Translations under genes and position numbers: made by a program | The notes under the pieces: model-generated | Database searches by the model: none | Told to the model about the DNA's origin: nothing | What the model saw: the letters and a program-made list of their open reading frames with translations, nothing else | Assembly (NCBI GenBank): GCA_036733845.1 | Contig: DAIMZU010000001.1 | Location: 1 to 34,976 of the forward strand | Reading direction: 5' to 3' | Length of the DNA: 34,976 nucleotides | From: Ramlibacter sp. | GTDB lineage: Bacteria; Pseudomonadota; Gammaproteobacteria; Burkholderiales; Burkholderiaceae_C | Shown: positions 1-8,110 of the stretch, one piece after another | Position numbering within the stretch: position 1 is the first letter of the stretch | Layout of the letters: each line of letters starts with the position of its first letter

Positions 1-204
1 CTCCAGCTCCCCCCGGATATCGACCAGGTACAGGCGGTTGTCCACCACCTCCCAGGTGCCGACGTATCCCCGCCAGAGTGCCGTGCAACCCACCCGGAAC
101 GCCGGACGCGGCACCCCGGACGCGAAATACGGCTCCAGCGGTTCGGTGCACATGGCCATCTCCTGGCCGGCGTAGTGAAGTTTCTCTGCGATCTGTGCGG
201 TCAT
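1..204 (-). CDS. Hypothetical protein, N-terminal part (runs off the left edge)
   Basis: Not in the ORF track. Manual translation from ATG at 204 gives MTAQIAEKLHYAGQEMAMCTEPLEPYFASGVPRPAFRVGCTALWRGYVGTWEVVDNRLYLVDIRGELE..., open to the edge. Purine-rich RBS (AGGAAAGGGG) upstream. The TALWRGYVGTWE motif resembles a conserved hypothetical family. Confidence 0.75.
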   Translation of the reverse strand, partial: MTAQIAEKLHYAGQEMAMCTEPLEPYFASGVPRPAFRVGCTALWRGYVGTWEVVDNRLYLVDIRGELE

Positions 205-250
205 CGTGCGCCCCTTTCCTGCTTGACGGCATCGATTGAACCGCCGCACA

Positions 251-267
251 GGCTCACGGCATGAGCC
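251..267. promoter_or_regulatory. Palindromic operator GGCTCA-N5-TGAGCC (candidate WYL-regulator site 1)
   Basis: Perfect 6-bp inverted repeat GGCTCA cggca TGAGCC in a divergent intergenic region; a second copy lies 69 bp downstream. Confidence 0.6.
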
Positions 268-296
268 CCGGAAGGCGAGACGCCGCCGCCAGACAT

Positions 297-312
297 CTGG
301 ATAAACGATCAG
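297..312. promoter_or_regulatory. Putative LexA (SOS) box
   Basis: CTG GATAAACGAT CAG matches CTG-N10-CAG with an AT-rich core, in GC-rich intergenic DNA. Confidence 0.45.
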
Positions 313-317
313 CGCAC

Positions 318-338
318 CGGGCTCATGACGTGATCCCG
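318..338. promoter_or_regulatory. Palindromic operator CGGGCTCA-N5-TGATCCCG (candidate WYL-regulator site 2)
   Basis: 8-bp arms with one mismatch; same core and 5-bp spacer as the site at 251-267. Confidence 0.6.
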
Positions 339-384
339 CCGCCGCCGACCATCGCTCCATCACCCCCGTGACCCAGGAGCCACC

Positions 385-696
385 ATGCACACGTCAGCCC
401 ATCTCAACGCCACGCCTGCCCCGCTGCGCCTGACCGACCATGCCAGCGTGCGGCTGCAGCAGCGTGGCATCCCCCAGTGGTTCCTGCGATTGCTGATCGA
501 GCACGGCAAGACCACCCACGACGGCCATGGCGCCCTGCTCAAAAGCGTGTCGAAGGCCACCCGCCGCCGGCTGCAGTCGGTGCTCAGTCACCGTCAGTAC
601 GTGCAGGCCGAGCGCTACTTCGACGTCTACGCCGTCGTCAGCGGCGACGAGGCGGTCATCACGGCGGCCCACCGCACTCACCGGCGGTTCCATTGA
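385..696 (+). CDS. Small hypothetical protein, DUF4258-like
   Basis: 103 aa with RBS AGGAG. The N-terminal LTDHASVRLQQRGI motif and C-terminal AVITA strand resemble DUF4258-type proteins. Confidence 0.65.
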   Translation: MHTSAHLNATPAPLRLTDHASVRLQQRGIPQWFLRLLIEHGKTTHDGHGALLKSVSKATRRRLQSVLSHRQYVQAERYFDVYAVVSGDEAVITAAHRTHRRFH

Positions 697-870
697 GCGC
701 CAACGGCTGCGCATGATTCCCGCCCAGCTTGCCTCCCGAACCAGCAGCGCCGCAATGAGCGGAGCGCGTGACGTGGATCAACCGTGCCCTGCCATGCGCG
801 CATACCCTTATGTTTGTCATAGCGGTCCAGGCGACAATCCATTAACAGCACGTGAGCAGGAGAGGACGCC

Positions 871-1836
871 GTGAGCGAGCTTGTACGGCTTTATCGGTAC
901 AAAGAACTCCTGGGGGCCCGCCGTGCAGTGTCGGCAGGCGAGCTGCAGGCCGCCCTCGAGATTTCCCCCGCTACCCTCAAGCGCGACATCGCCAAGCTGC
1001 GCGACCAGCTCAAGATGCCCGTGCGCTTCGACAAGGAGCGGCGCGGCTACGTCATGGACGGCGGCCACACCGACAGCCGCGAGCTTCCCGGACTGTGGTT
1101 CAGCCCTGAGGAAATCTTGGCCCTGGTCACCATCCAGCAACTCCTGGCGCAGCTGGCCCCCGGCATCCTCGGCCCGAAGCTACGGCCCCTGCAGGAGCGG
1201 CTGGCCGAACTCATGGCCAAGAACGGCCTGACCGGCAAGGACGTCGCCCAGCGCATCCGCCTCGTCCACGCCGGCATGCGCCAGTTGCATCCCGCCCACT
1301 TCGAAGCCGTCGCAGCCGGCACCCTGGGGCGCAAGCGCCTGCGCGTGCGCCACTTTAACCGCCAGACCGGAGAAACCCTGGACCGCATGATTTCGCCGCA
1401 GCGGCTGGTGCATTACCGGGACAACTGGTACGTGGACAGCTGGTGCCATTTGCGGGATGGCCTGCGAAGTTTTTCGGTCGATGCGCTGACCCAGGTCGAG
1501 GTGATGGAGGAGGGCGCGGAGGAGATTGATGCGGAACGCCTCGACGAACACCTTGGGTCCAGTTACGGGATCTTCGGTGGGCCGCCGACTGCCACGGCGC
1601 AACTTCGGTTCACCCCGGCTCGGGCGAGGTGGGTGCGGCGGGAGCAGTGGCATCCGAAGCAGCGGGGGTGGGATGAGGCGGATGGCAGCTATGTGCTGGA
1701 GGTTCCGTATGCGGATGATCGAGAGATCCTGGGGGACATCCTGCGGTTTGGGGCGGATGTCCAGGTCGTAGGGCCTGAGGGGTTGAGGAAGAGGGTGCAG
1801 AAGGCGTTGCTGGAGGCGGCGGGGCGGTATGTCTAG
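871..1836 (+). CDS. HTH-WYL-WCX transcriptional regulator (YafY/PafBC-like)
   Basis: 321 aa, GTG start after GGAGAGGA. N-terminal wHTH (ELQAALEISPATLKRDIAKLRD), WYL core (RMISPQRLVHYRDNWYVDSWCHLRDGLRSFSVD), WCX tail (ILRFGADVQVVGPEGLR). Confidence 0.93.
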   Translation: MSELVRLYRYKELLGARRAVSAGELQAALEISPATLKRDIAKLRDQLKMPVRFDKERRGYVMDGGHTDSRELPGLWFSPEEILALVTIQQLLAQLAPGILGPKLRPLQERLAELMAKNGLTGKDVAQRIRLVHAGMRQLHPAHFEAVAAGTLGRKRLRVRHFNRQTGETLDRMISPQRLVHYRDNWYVDSWCHLRDGLRSFSVDALTQVEVMEEGAEEIDAERLDEHLGSSYGIFGGPPTATAQLRFTPARARWVRREQWHPKQRGWDEADGSYVLEVPYADDREILGDILRFGADVQVVGPEGLRKRVQKALLEAAGRYV

Positions 1837-4800
1837 AGCAGTTCGAAGGTCACCCCCATGGGGTGGCTGCGCTCATGCGATCGATACCGAACCTTCCCGT
1901 AATACGTAAAGGCTGCCGCTTTGCCGCCCGTCAGCTTCGCATCGCGGACGAACAGGTGAACGGTGATTCCGAGCGTTTCGTGCTCGATGATTTCTCGTCC
2001 ACGCTTGTTTTCCGGACCCGTTGAGTTCTGACTCTCCCAATGAAATGTCGTTCGGTCAATCCAGTAGTCGTGGTAACGATGCTCCTCGGCCTTTCCTTGC
2101 TTGCTCAGGGTCACGAGCAGTACATGGGCCTTGCTGCTCGGAAGCACAACATGACCGGATTGCCAATTCCCAGGGTTGAACTGCTCACCGAAAAGGGCCG
2201 GGATTTCTTCTCGCTTGAACAGGCGACCAACTTGGAGTTCCAGCGGGTCCACGACGGCCTTGAGCCGCGCTAATGGCCGCATGTCGGCAGTGGCAAGTAG
2301 GTCCTCGTACTCCGGATTGTTCGCCTTCAAGACGTACTGGCCAGATGAATTCTTCGTGACCACTCGCAGTAAGTATTGATAATCTCCAGAGTCGTCCTGC
2401 CGCTCCACCGCCATGACAGCGCCCGTGATGGAACCAGCCTTGGTCGGAGTGACGTGCTCAAGCAGCAGGTAGTCTCCGTCAAGGATCGGGTGTTTCCCGC
2501 CGTTCATGGAATTGCCGGCTGCGCGAGCGATGAAGTGACGCTGGGGGTCCACGGCGCCATATCGGATAGGCAGTGACACGTGCTCGTCAGAATCAGTGCG
2601 CCCCTTTCTGAAATGGCCGCATGCGATCTTCAGGTTCGGGAAGTACGGAAGCTCCGTACGCTGGCGCGCGGGGAAGGGGACTATGTTGCTGGGCGCGTCC
2701 GTCGCCGCGCTTCGAGCCTCGTACTGAGCGAGCTTCCAGTCCACCAATTCCTGCAGCAAGTCCGCGGCTTCCTCTGCATCGGTAACGTCCAGGCGCACCG
2801 CGAGAGCGAACCTGTCGTTATCCAACTTGAATTGCGCCCTTTGCGGATCGGCCAGGTTGCCGCCCGTCCACGCATTGACCGGGTTGATGCGCCAGTAGCG
2901 CTGCCACTCCACTCCACGCCCGTCAGCGAGGGGGCGAACCGACACGTCCAAGTCGCTGAGAAACCTGGGCCTTCGATGCAGCACAGTCCAGGAGCGTTCT
3001 GCCAGGTCAGGCAAGCTTGGCGGGCGAATCAATCCCTCAAGTTCCAGGAACGCTTCCAAGAGGATCATCTTGAAGCTCTTGTTCATGGAGGTCGTCTCGA
3101 CCTCCTGGAAAAGATCACGGTGCCGTTCTAGGACGCGAGTAGCCGTTGGCGTGAGATCGCCTTGCTTCTCGACAAATTCGAACCAGCTTCCGTACTGGCG
3201 TCGCATGGCCTGCATGCTCGCGCCTGATCGATAGAACTCGATCAGCGTAGGACGTCTGCCGAGGGTGGCGCGTAGCGCCTCGTACTCCTTCGCGGGCCCG
3301 GTGCTATCGAGAGATTTCAGCAGATCAATGATCCGCAGGTCGTAGTTGACGAAGCAGCCCTCGGGAAGCGCAAGTTCGTTCCGTTCGGCGGCTCTCGCGA
3401 AGGCCGCGAGATTTTTGAACGTCGAACCGACACCGAACAGCGCCGGCGGCTTCTGCAGGAAGCTGTAATGGTTTCCGATGAAGTCCAGTACGACAAGGTG
3501 AGACTTGCCGTCGCTGCGGCGCAGACCGCGACCAAATTGCTGCAAAAACAAAATCTTCGATTCCGTCGGACGAAGCAACATTACGGTATCGATGCTCGGA
3601 AGATCCACGCCTTCGTTGAACAGATCGACCGAGAAGATCACGCTCAACTGGCCTGCGGCGAGGCGACTTAGCGCCTCTGCCCGCCCGAGAGATGATCCTG
3701 CGTAGACGGCTGCGGCTTCCACACCTTCGCGCCGGAACTGATTGGCCATGAACTCGGCGTGGCGAATTGAGACACAAAAAGCGAGGGTGCGTTGCTGCCG
3801 CCGAGCTCGCCACTCCCTGATCGCGTGGCGAGCTCGCGCTAAGGTGGCCAGCTTGTTGGATAGCTGTTCCGGGTCAAACTTGCCATTGCGCCAAGGAATC
3901 TCGCGGTAGTCGACCTCTTCGTCGTAGATTCCGTAGTAGTGGAACGGCGAGAGTAGTTTCGAATCGATGCCTTCAAAAAGGCCGCAGGAGAACACCAGGT
4001 TATCGTCGCAGAGTGACAGGATATCCGCTTGGTCGGTGCGATCCGGTGTGGCCGTCAGTCCGAGCAGGAAGGTAGGCGAAAAATGGGCTAGAAGACGCCG
4101 ATACGTGCGCGCCTCCGCGTGGTGGAACTCGTCGACGACGATGTAGTCGAAGTGCTGCGGTTTGAACTTGCTCAGGTGCGCGGCACGTGCCAGCGTTTGA
4201 ACAGACGCGCACAGAACATCGGCTTCGACGTCGCGGCGGGTGCCTGTGTAATAGCCAATCCGCATGCCGCCTCGAATGCGCACGAACGTCTGCGCGGCTT
4301 GCCGCAGGATCTCCTCCCGGTGCGCGACGAAGAGGACGCGCCGCGCTCCGATGCGCGCTACGTCGAACGCGGCGAGCCAAGTCTTTCCGAGGCCTGTAGC
4401 CAGCACAACCAGTCCACGCTGAAATCCCTCTTCACGGGTGCGCGCCAGCGCCTCTAGCGCGTTGTTCTGAATTTGCGTCGGAATCGGCGGTGGTTCCTGT
4501 TCGTCGCTTCCCGGCGAGACCAAACGCGGTGGTGGAATGCGCCGGCGTTCGTAGTCTTCGATCCAGGCGTCCGTTAGTCTGTTCGTACTGGGATGCTTGA
4601 AGAGTTCTTCAAAGCGGGTCCATGCCTCGTTGAAACCCTCGTCCGATGGATACGTCACCCGGTAATTCCATTCCAGACCGCTCTGCAACGCCTGGCTGCT
4701 GATGTTGCTGGATCCGATAAAAGCCGTGCCCTGAACGGCGCCGCCCTCGGCGTGCCGTGCGAACAGGTAGGCCTTCAAATGGAAGCTGTCGTTCTGTGTC

Positions 4801-5672
4801 ACGAAGACCCGTACGTCAGCACCTTCCTGTTGCAGCAACAGCAGAAGACGCAGCGCATCCGGATCCGTGATGCCAAGATAGTCGCTGGTCAGCACGCGCA
4901 GGCGAGCGGCCGGTGCATCGCCTTCGTTAGGACGTAGTGCTGCATGCAAGTCCCCGAGCAGCAGTTTGAGTCCCAGAGTCTTCACGAAGGAGACGGCGAG
5001 CGCGATGTCTGTGGCTCCAGAAATCGCCCTCGACAGGTGGGGAAGAAACGGGTCTGATCCGCCTGTGACAAGCTTGACTGCAGGCGCAATGGCTTTGACG
5101 ACGATGGCGTTCAGCCATTCGTCCCGCCGCCCAGGACGAGCATCAGGGGTTCTCCAAATAGAAGCAAGCTCTGCTTGTGGCAATCGCGACAGCCAAGAGG
5201 CTAGGGTGCTCTCGTCCGCATCTGTGAAGTGGCGGCCTTCGTGAACACGTTCGCCTGCCCCCAATTTGAAGCTGCAGTAGAACGACCCTCCGGGCTTCAG
5301 TGCGATCCAAAGACGTGCCAGCGCCGTCGGCATTTCGGCTGCGGGGACATGCAGCAGACTGGCGCAGGCCCAAATTCCGTCGTACACCGATTTCTCATCC
5401 ACGTCGGCGAAGGTGCGTACGTGCACCGGAAACCCGCAATGTCGTGAAGCGAGCTCTGCCAGGGCGGGCGAGGCATCGAATGCGTGAACTTGGAAGCCGA
5501 TTCCAGAAAAAAACTTTGCGTCGCGGCCGGAGCCACAGCCCGCGTCAAGGATGTAGCCACCAGGCGGCAACCGCTCGATGAAGCGTGCATACAGCGGAGA
5601 CAAGTCTACGGAAACCGTGGACGTGAAGAATTGCGATGCTTCGTCCTCGTAGTAGTTCTGCGTGCCGGTCAT
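1833..5672 (-). CDS. Multidomain SAM-methyltransferase / PLD nuclease / SF2 helicase / S24-like / DUF3427-like protein (SauUSI-like putative type IV restriction enzyme)
   Basis: 1279 aa. MTase motifs ILDAGCGSG (D43) and GIWACASLLH; PLD FHLKAY (H298/K300) and GSSNIS; Walker A ATGLGKT (K430), DEFHH (514-518), TATPDR, LFNEGVDLP, QQFGRGLR; S24-like GNSM...ILDGDYLLLE...LKANNPEY; C-terminal YHDYWIDRTTFHWESQNST...HLFVR typical of DUF3427. Confidence 0.88.
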   Translation of the reverse strand: MTGTQNYYEDEASQFFTSTVSVDLSPLYARFIERLPPGGYILDAGCGSGRDAKFFSGIGFQVHAFDASPALAELASRHCGFPVHVRTFADVDEKSVYDGIWACASLLHVPAAEMPTALARLWIALKPGGSFYCSFKLGAGERVHEGRHFTDADESTLASWLSRLPQAELASIWRTPDARPGRRDEWLNAIVVKAIAPAVKLVTGGSDPFLPHLSRAISGATDIALAVSFVKTLGLKLLLGDLHAALRPNEGDAPAARLRVLTSDYLGITDPDALRLLLLLQQEGADVRVFVTQNDSFHLKAYLFARHAEGGAVQGTAFIGSSNISSQALQSGLEWNYRVTYPSDEGFNEAWTRFEELFKHPSTNRLTDAWIEDYERRRIPPPRLVSPGSDEQEPPPIPTQIQNNALEALARTREEGFQRGLVVLATGLGKTWLAAFDVARIGARRVLFVAHREEILRQAAQTFVRIRGGMRIGYYTGTRRDVEADVLCASVQTLARAAHLSKFKPQHFDYIVVDEFHHAEARTYRRLLAHFSPTFLLGLTATPDRTDQADILSLCDDNLVFSCGLFEGIDSKLLSPFHYYGIYDEEVDYREIPWRNGKFDPEQLSNKLATLARARHAIREWRARRQQRTLAFCVSIRHAEFMANQFRREGVEAAAVYAGSSLGRAEALSRLAAGQLSVIFSVDLFNEGVDLPSIDTVMLLRPTESKILFLQQFGRGLRRSDGKSHLVVLDFIGNHYSFLQKPPALFGVGSTFKNLAAFARAAERNELALPEGCFVNYDLRIIDLLKSLDSTGPAKEYEALRATLGRRPTLIEFYRSGASMQAMRRQYGSWFEFVEKQGDLTPTATRVLERHRDLFQEVETTSMNKSFKMILLEAFLELEGLIRPPSLPDLAERSWTVLHRRPRFLSDLDVSVRPLADGRGVEWQRYWRINPVNAWTGGNLADPQRAQFKLDNDRFALAVRLDVTDAEEAADLLQELVDWKLAQYEARSAATDAPSNIVPFPARQRTELPYFPNLKIACGHFRKGRTDSDEHVSLPIRYGAVDPQRHFIARAAGNSMNGGKHPILDGDYLLLEHVTPTKAGSITGAVMAVERQDDSGDYQYLLRVVTKNSSGQYVLKANNPEYEDLLATADMRPLARLKAVVDPLELQVGRLFKREEIPALFGEQFNPGNWQSGHVVLPSSKAHVLLVTLSKQGKAEEHRYHDYWIDRTTFHWESQNSTGPENKRGREIIEHETLGITVHLFVRDAKLTGGKAAAFTYYGKVRYRSHERSHPMGVTFELL

Positions 5673-5779
5673 TCAATCCTGCTTAGCCGGTGTCGTTCCT
5701 TGAGAAGGGAAGCATACCGCGTAAGCTTCCAAACAGACCGGTGGCAAACTTCTTACTGATGAATGGCGACGCCAATCAT

Positions 5780-5812
5780 CATGAGAATACGCGTTGACAG
5801 TCCATGAGAATA
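5780..5812. repeat. 10-bp direct repeat CATGAGAATA x2 upstream of the nuclease-helicase gene
   Basis: Copies at 5780-5789 and 5803-5812, with TTGACA between them. Confidence 0.6.
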
Positions 5813-5866
5813 GGGTGGCCGTCCTCGTGGACTGCTACAACGCTTCACCAGAGGCTATCGAAGGGA

Positions 5867-6244
5867 TTACTTCGGCTTGGCGTATACATCTGCGCTCATG
5901 ACCTCGATGCCCACATACGCCTCGTCCCCTTCCACCCACGCATCGTGGCCGGGCGGGATTGTGTAGGACTCGCCTGCGGCAATGGTCTTTTCGGATCCGT
6001 CGGCCATGCGCACATGAAGGGTCCCGGAAACCGCGTAACCCACGTGCGAAGCCTGGCACGAATCGGTCTTCACCACGGGCTTGACGCATTCGGACCACTT
6101 CCAGCCGGGCTGGAAAATGAAGCGTCCAATGTTGAAGCCCTCCAGCTTGACGACTTCCACGCGCGTTTTATCAGGTGCGCGCAGTTCGTCTGGCGATTCG
6201 TGCGACTTGACTTCAAACTTGTTGACCGAAACCGGCGTTGTCAT
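5867..6244 (-). CDS. Cupin domain protein
   Basis: 125 aa from ATG 6244 (RBS AGGAG). Motifs FQPGWKWSECVKP, CQASHVGY and IPPGHDAWVEGDE. Confidence 0.85.
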   Translation of the reverse strand: MTTPVSVNKFEVKSHESPDELRAPDKTRVEVVKLEGFNIGRFIFQPGWKWSECVKPVVKTDSCQASHVGYAVSGTLHVRMADGSEKTIAAGESYTIPPGHDAWVEGDEAYVGIEVMSADVYAKPK

Positions 6245-6515
6245 GTCTGGCTCCTGCTCGTCAGCCGCGAAAACGCACGGCCGCGTTGCCTGACGTATCG
6301 AACGGTCGCCCAGCGGAAACGAGAACGGACCGTTGCCTGTCCGCCTGGCCGGTCCCACTATAGGCTGATGCCTGTGGATATCAAGGGGCGCTCATCGCGG
6401 CGGAGCGGCTCAGTCTCTGTGGCTGTGCAGTCGTTGATGTGTTGCCCGGTGGCAGGCCACAGGTGGCTGATCGTCGCCCCGTGCGACGGCGCTCGTTCGC
6501 TCCCCGCGTCTTCGC

Positions 6516-7463
6516 CTACCCGGACCGCCGCTCCAGTGCATCCATCGCCTTCCCCTGCCCCACCGAGTGGGCCGAAAAATGATCCCGAACCAACTGCGCA
6601 AACGTCCGCGCCGCCAGGCTCCGAGGCCGGTGGCGAGGCCAGAGAAGCGCGGATGTACGCACGGGCACCGGGTCGACCAAGGGCACCGTGCACAACCCGC
6701 CAAAACCATAGACGCCGCTCTGGGTCATGATCGTGGCGAGGCCCGAGGTGCCCACCAGGCCGCGCATGAGGTCGATGGCGTTGGTTTCGCAGGCGATCAG
6801 CGGCGCCACGCCGGCCTGTTCGAAGTAGCTGTCGATCAGCTGCCGGGTCGCGTACTCGCGCTTGAGCAGCACCAGCGCCGTACCCTGGAGGTCCGCGAAG
6901 CTGACGCGCTCGTTGCGCGCAAGTTTGTGGCCCGCACCCACGACCAGGACGAGGTTCTCCTGGAGGATGGGCTCCACCTCGATTTCTTCGGCGGCGCCCG
7001 TCACGATGGCCAGGCCCAGGTCCATCTGGCCGTCGCCGAGTTCACGCTCGATCTGCCGTGTCGTGAGATCAGACACGTGCAGCATGATCCGCGGGTACTG
7101 GTTTAAGAATTCACTCAGTATCGGGGGCACCAGCCGCGCGACGAAGGTCTGGTTGATGCCGATGCGAAGCTCGCCTCTTTGCAGTCCATCGAGTTCGGCC
7201 AGCGCATTCAGGCCGGCCTCGATCTCTTCCATGCTGCGACGGGCATGGTCGCGGAAGATTTCGCCGGCTTGCGTCAGCCGCACCGCCTTGCCCTGTCGCT
7301 CGAACAGCAGGACCCCCAGCTGGCTTTCGAGTTCCGCCAGCTGGTGCGACAGTGTCGGCTGGGTGACGAAGAGGCTTTCTGCTGCCTTGGAGAAATGAAG
7401 GGTCTCGGCGGCTGCCAGGAAGTACTGCAACTGCCTGTACTTGATTCCAGGTCTTAGCCTCAT
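6516..7463 (-). CDS. LysR-family regulator (CynR-like)
   Basis: HTH LQYFLAAAETLHFSKAAESLFVTQPTLSHQLAELESQLGVLLFER plus LysR substrate domain. Start placed at ATG 7463. Divergent from the molybdo-hydroxylase operon. Confidence 0.92.
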   Translation of the reverse strand: MRLRPGIKYRQLQYFLAAAETLHFSKAAESLFVTQPTLSHQLAELESQLGVLLFERQGKAVRLTQAGEIFRDHARRSMEEIEAGLNALAELDGLQRGELRIGINQTFVARLVPPILSEFLNQYPRIMLHVSDLTTRQIERELGDGQMDLGLAIVTGAAEEIEVEPILQENLVLVVGAGHKLARNERVSFADLQGTALVLLKREYATRQLIDSYFEQAGVAPLIACETNAIDLMRGLVGTSGLATIMTQSGVYGFGGLCTVPLVDPVPVRTSALLWPRHRPRSLAARTFAQLVRDHFSAHSVGQGKAMDALERRSG

Positions 7464-7639
7464 TCGCGTTGCTCCATTCCAGCAGGCGCGGAACCGGCTG
7501 CCTGGCTCCTCATGGCTGGCGGGTCTTGAAAGTGCGCGCAAGTTCGATGCCGGACATAGAAAACTTGCATTTCCACGATCGGCCGTCCTTGCCTATTCTA
7601 GGTTGATATTCGCAGCCAAGAGAGCGGACGCACGCGGTG

Positions 7640-8110
7640 ATGGAAATCCGGTTCAAGGTGAATGATCAGCTCATTCGGGCGCCGAAAGATGAACGCTGTA
7701 CCCTCACGGAGTACCTGCGTGACGAGCTGAAGCTGAAGGGGACCCGTTTCGGCTGCGGGCAGGAGCAGTGCGGCGCCTGCATGGTGCTGGTCGACGGAGA
7801 GCCCCGATGTTCTTGTCAGACCGAGGTCGGAAACCTCGATGGCCGGGCCGTCCACACGGTGGAGTCGCTGGCACTGGAGCCTGAGGGACGCGTCCTGCTG
7901 GAGAACTTCGAGCTTCACCAGGCGGGCCAGTGCGGCTTCTGCCTGAGCGGGATTCTGGTACAGGCACTGCATTTCGTACGACACAGCGCCGATGGTTCAG
8001 CCCAGGCAGTCGCAAGTGCCCTCGAGCCGCACCTGTGCCGGTGCGGCGCGCACGCAAGGATCATTGCCGCCGTCCAGGCCAGTTGGCGCAGCCTGCGCGG
8101 GAATCCATGA
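7640..8110 (+). CDS. 2x[2Fe-2S] small subunit of a xanthine-oxidase-family enzyme (CoxS/IorA/NicA-like)
   Basis: GCGQEQCGAC...SC and QCGFC...HLCRCG cluster motifs; alternative GTG start at 7637. Confidence 0.92.
   Translation: MEIRFKVNDQLIRAPKDERCTLTEYLRDELKLKGTRFGCGQEQCGACMVLVDGEPRCSCQTEVGNLDGRAVHTVESLALEPEGRVLLENFELHQAGQCGFCLSGILVQALHFVRHSADGSAQAVASALEPHLCRCGAHARIIAAVQASWRSLRGNP

Noticed and set aside
1180..1653. Antisense ORF as the cause of the skew in the WYL gene
   Set aside because: No RBS or recognisable domain, and it does not cover the most skewed 3' stretch.
6407..6423. Possible third WYL-type site GGCTCA-N5-TGTGGC
   Set aside because: Two mismatches in the right arm and not near a clear promoter; could be chance.
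5804..6730. 308-aa plus-strand ORF
   Set aside because: Antisense to the cupin gene and the LysR 3' end; low-complexity translation.
7556..7570. Possible LysR site ATAG-N7-GCAT for the CynR-like regulator
   Set aside because: It satisfies T-N11-A but the symmetry is weak; not enough to call.
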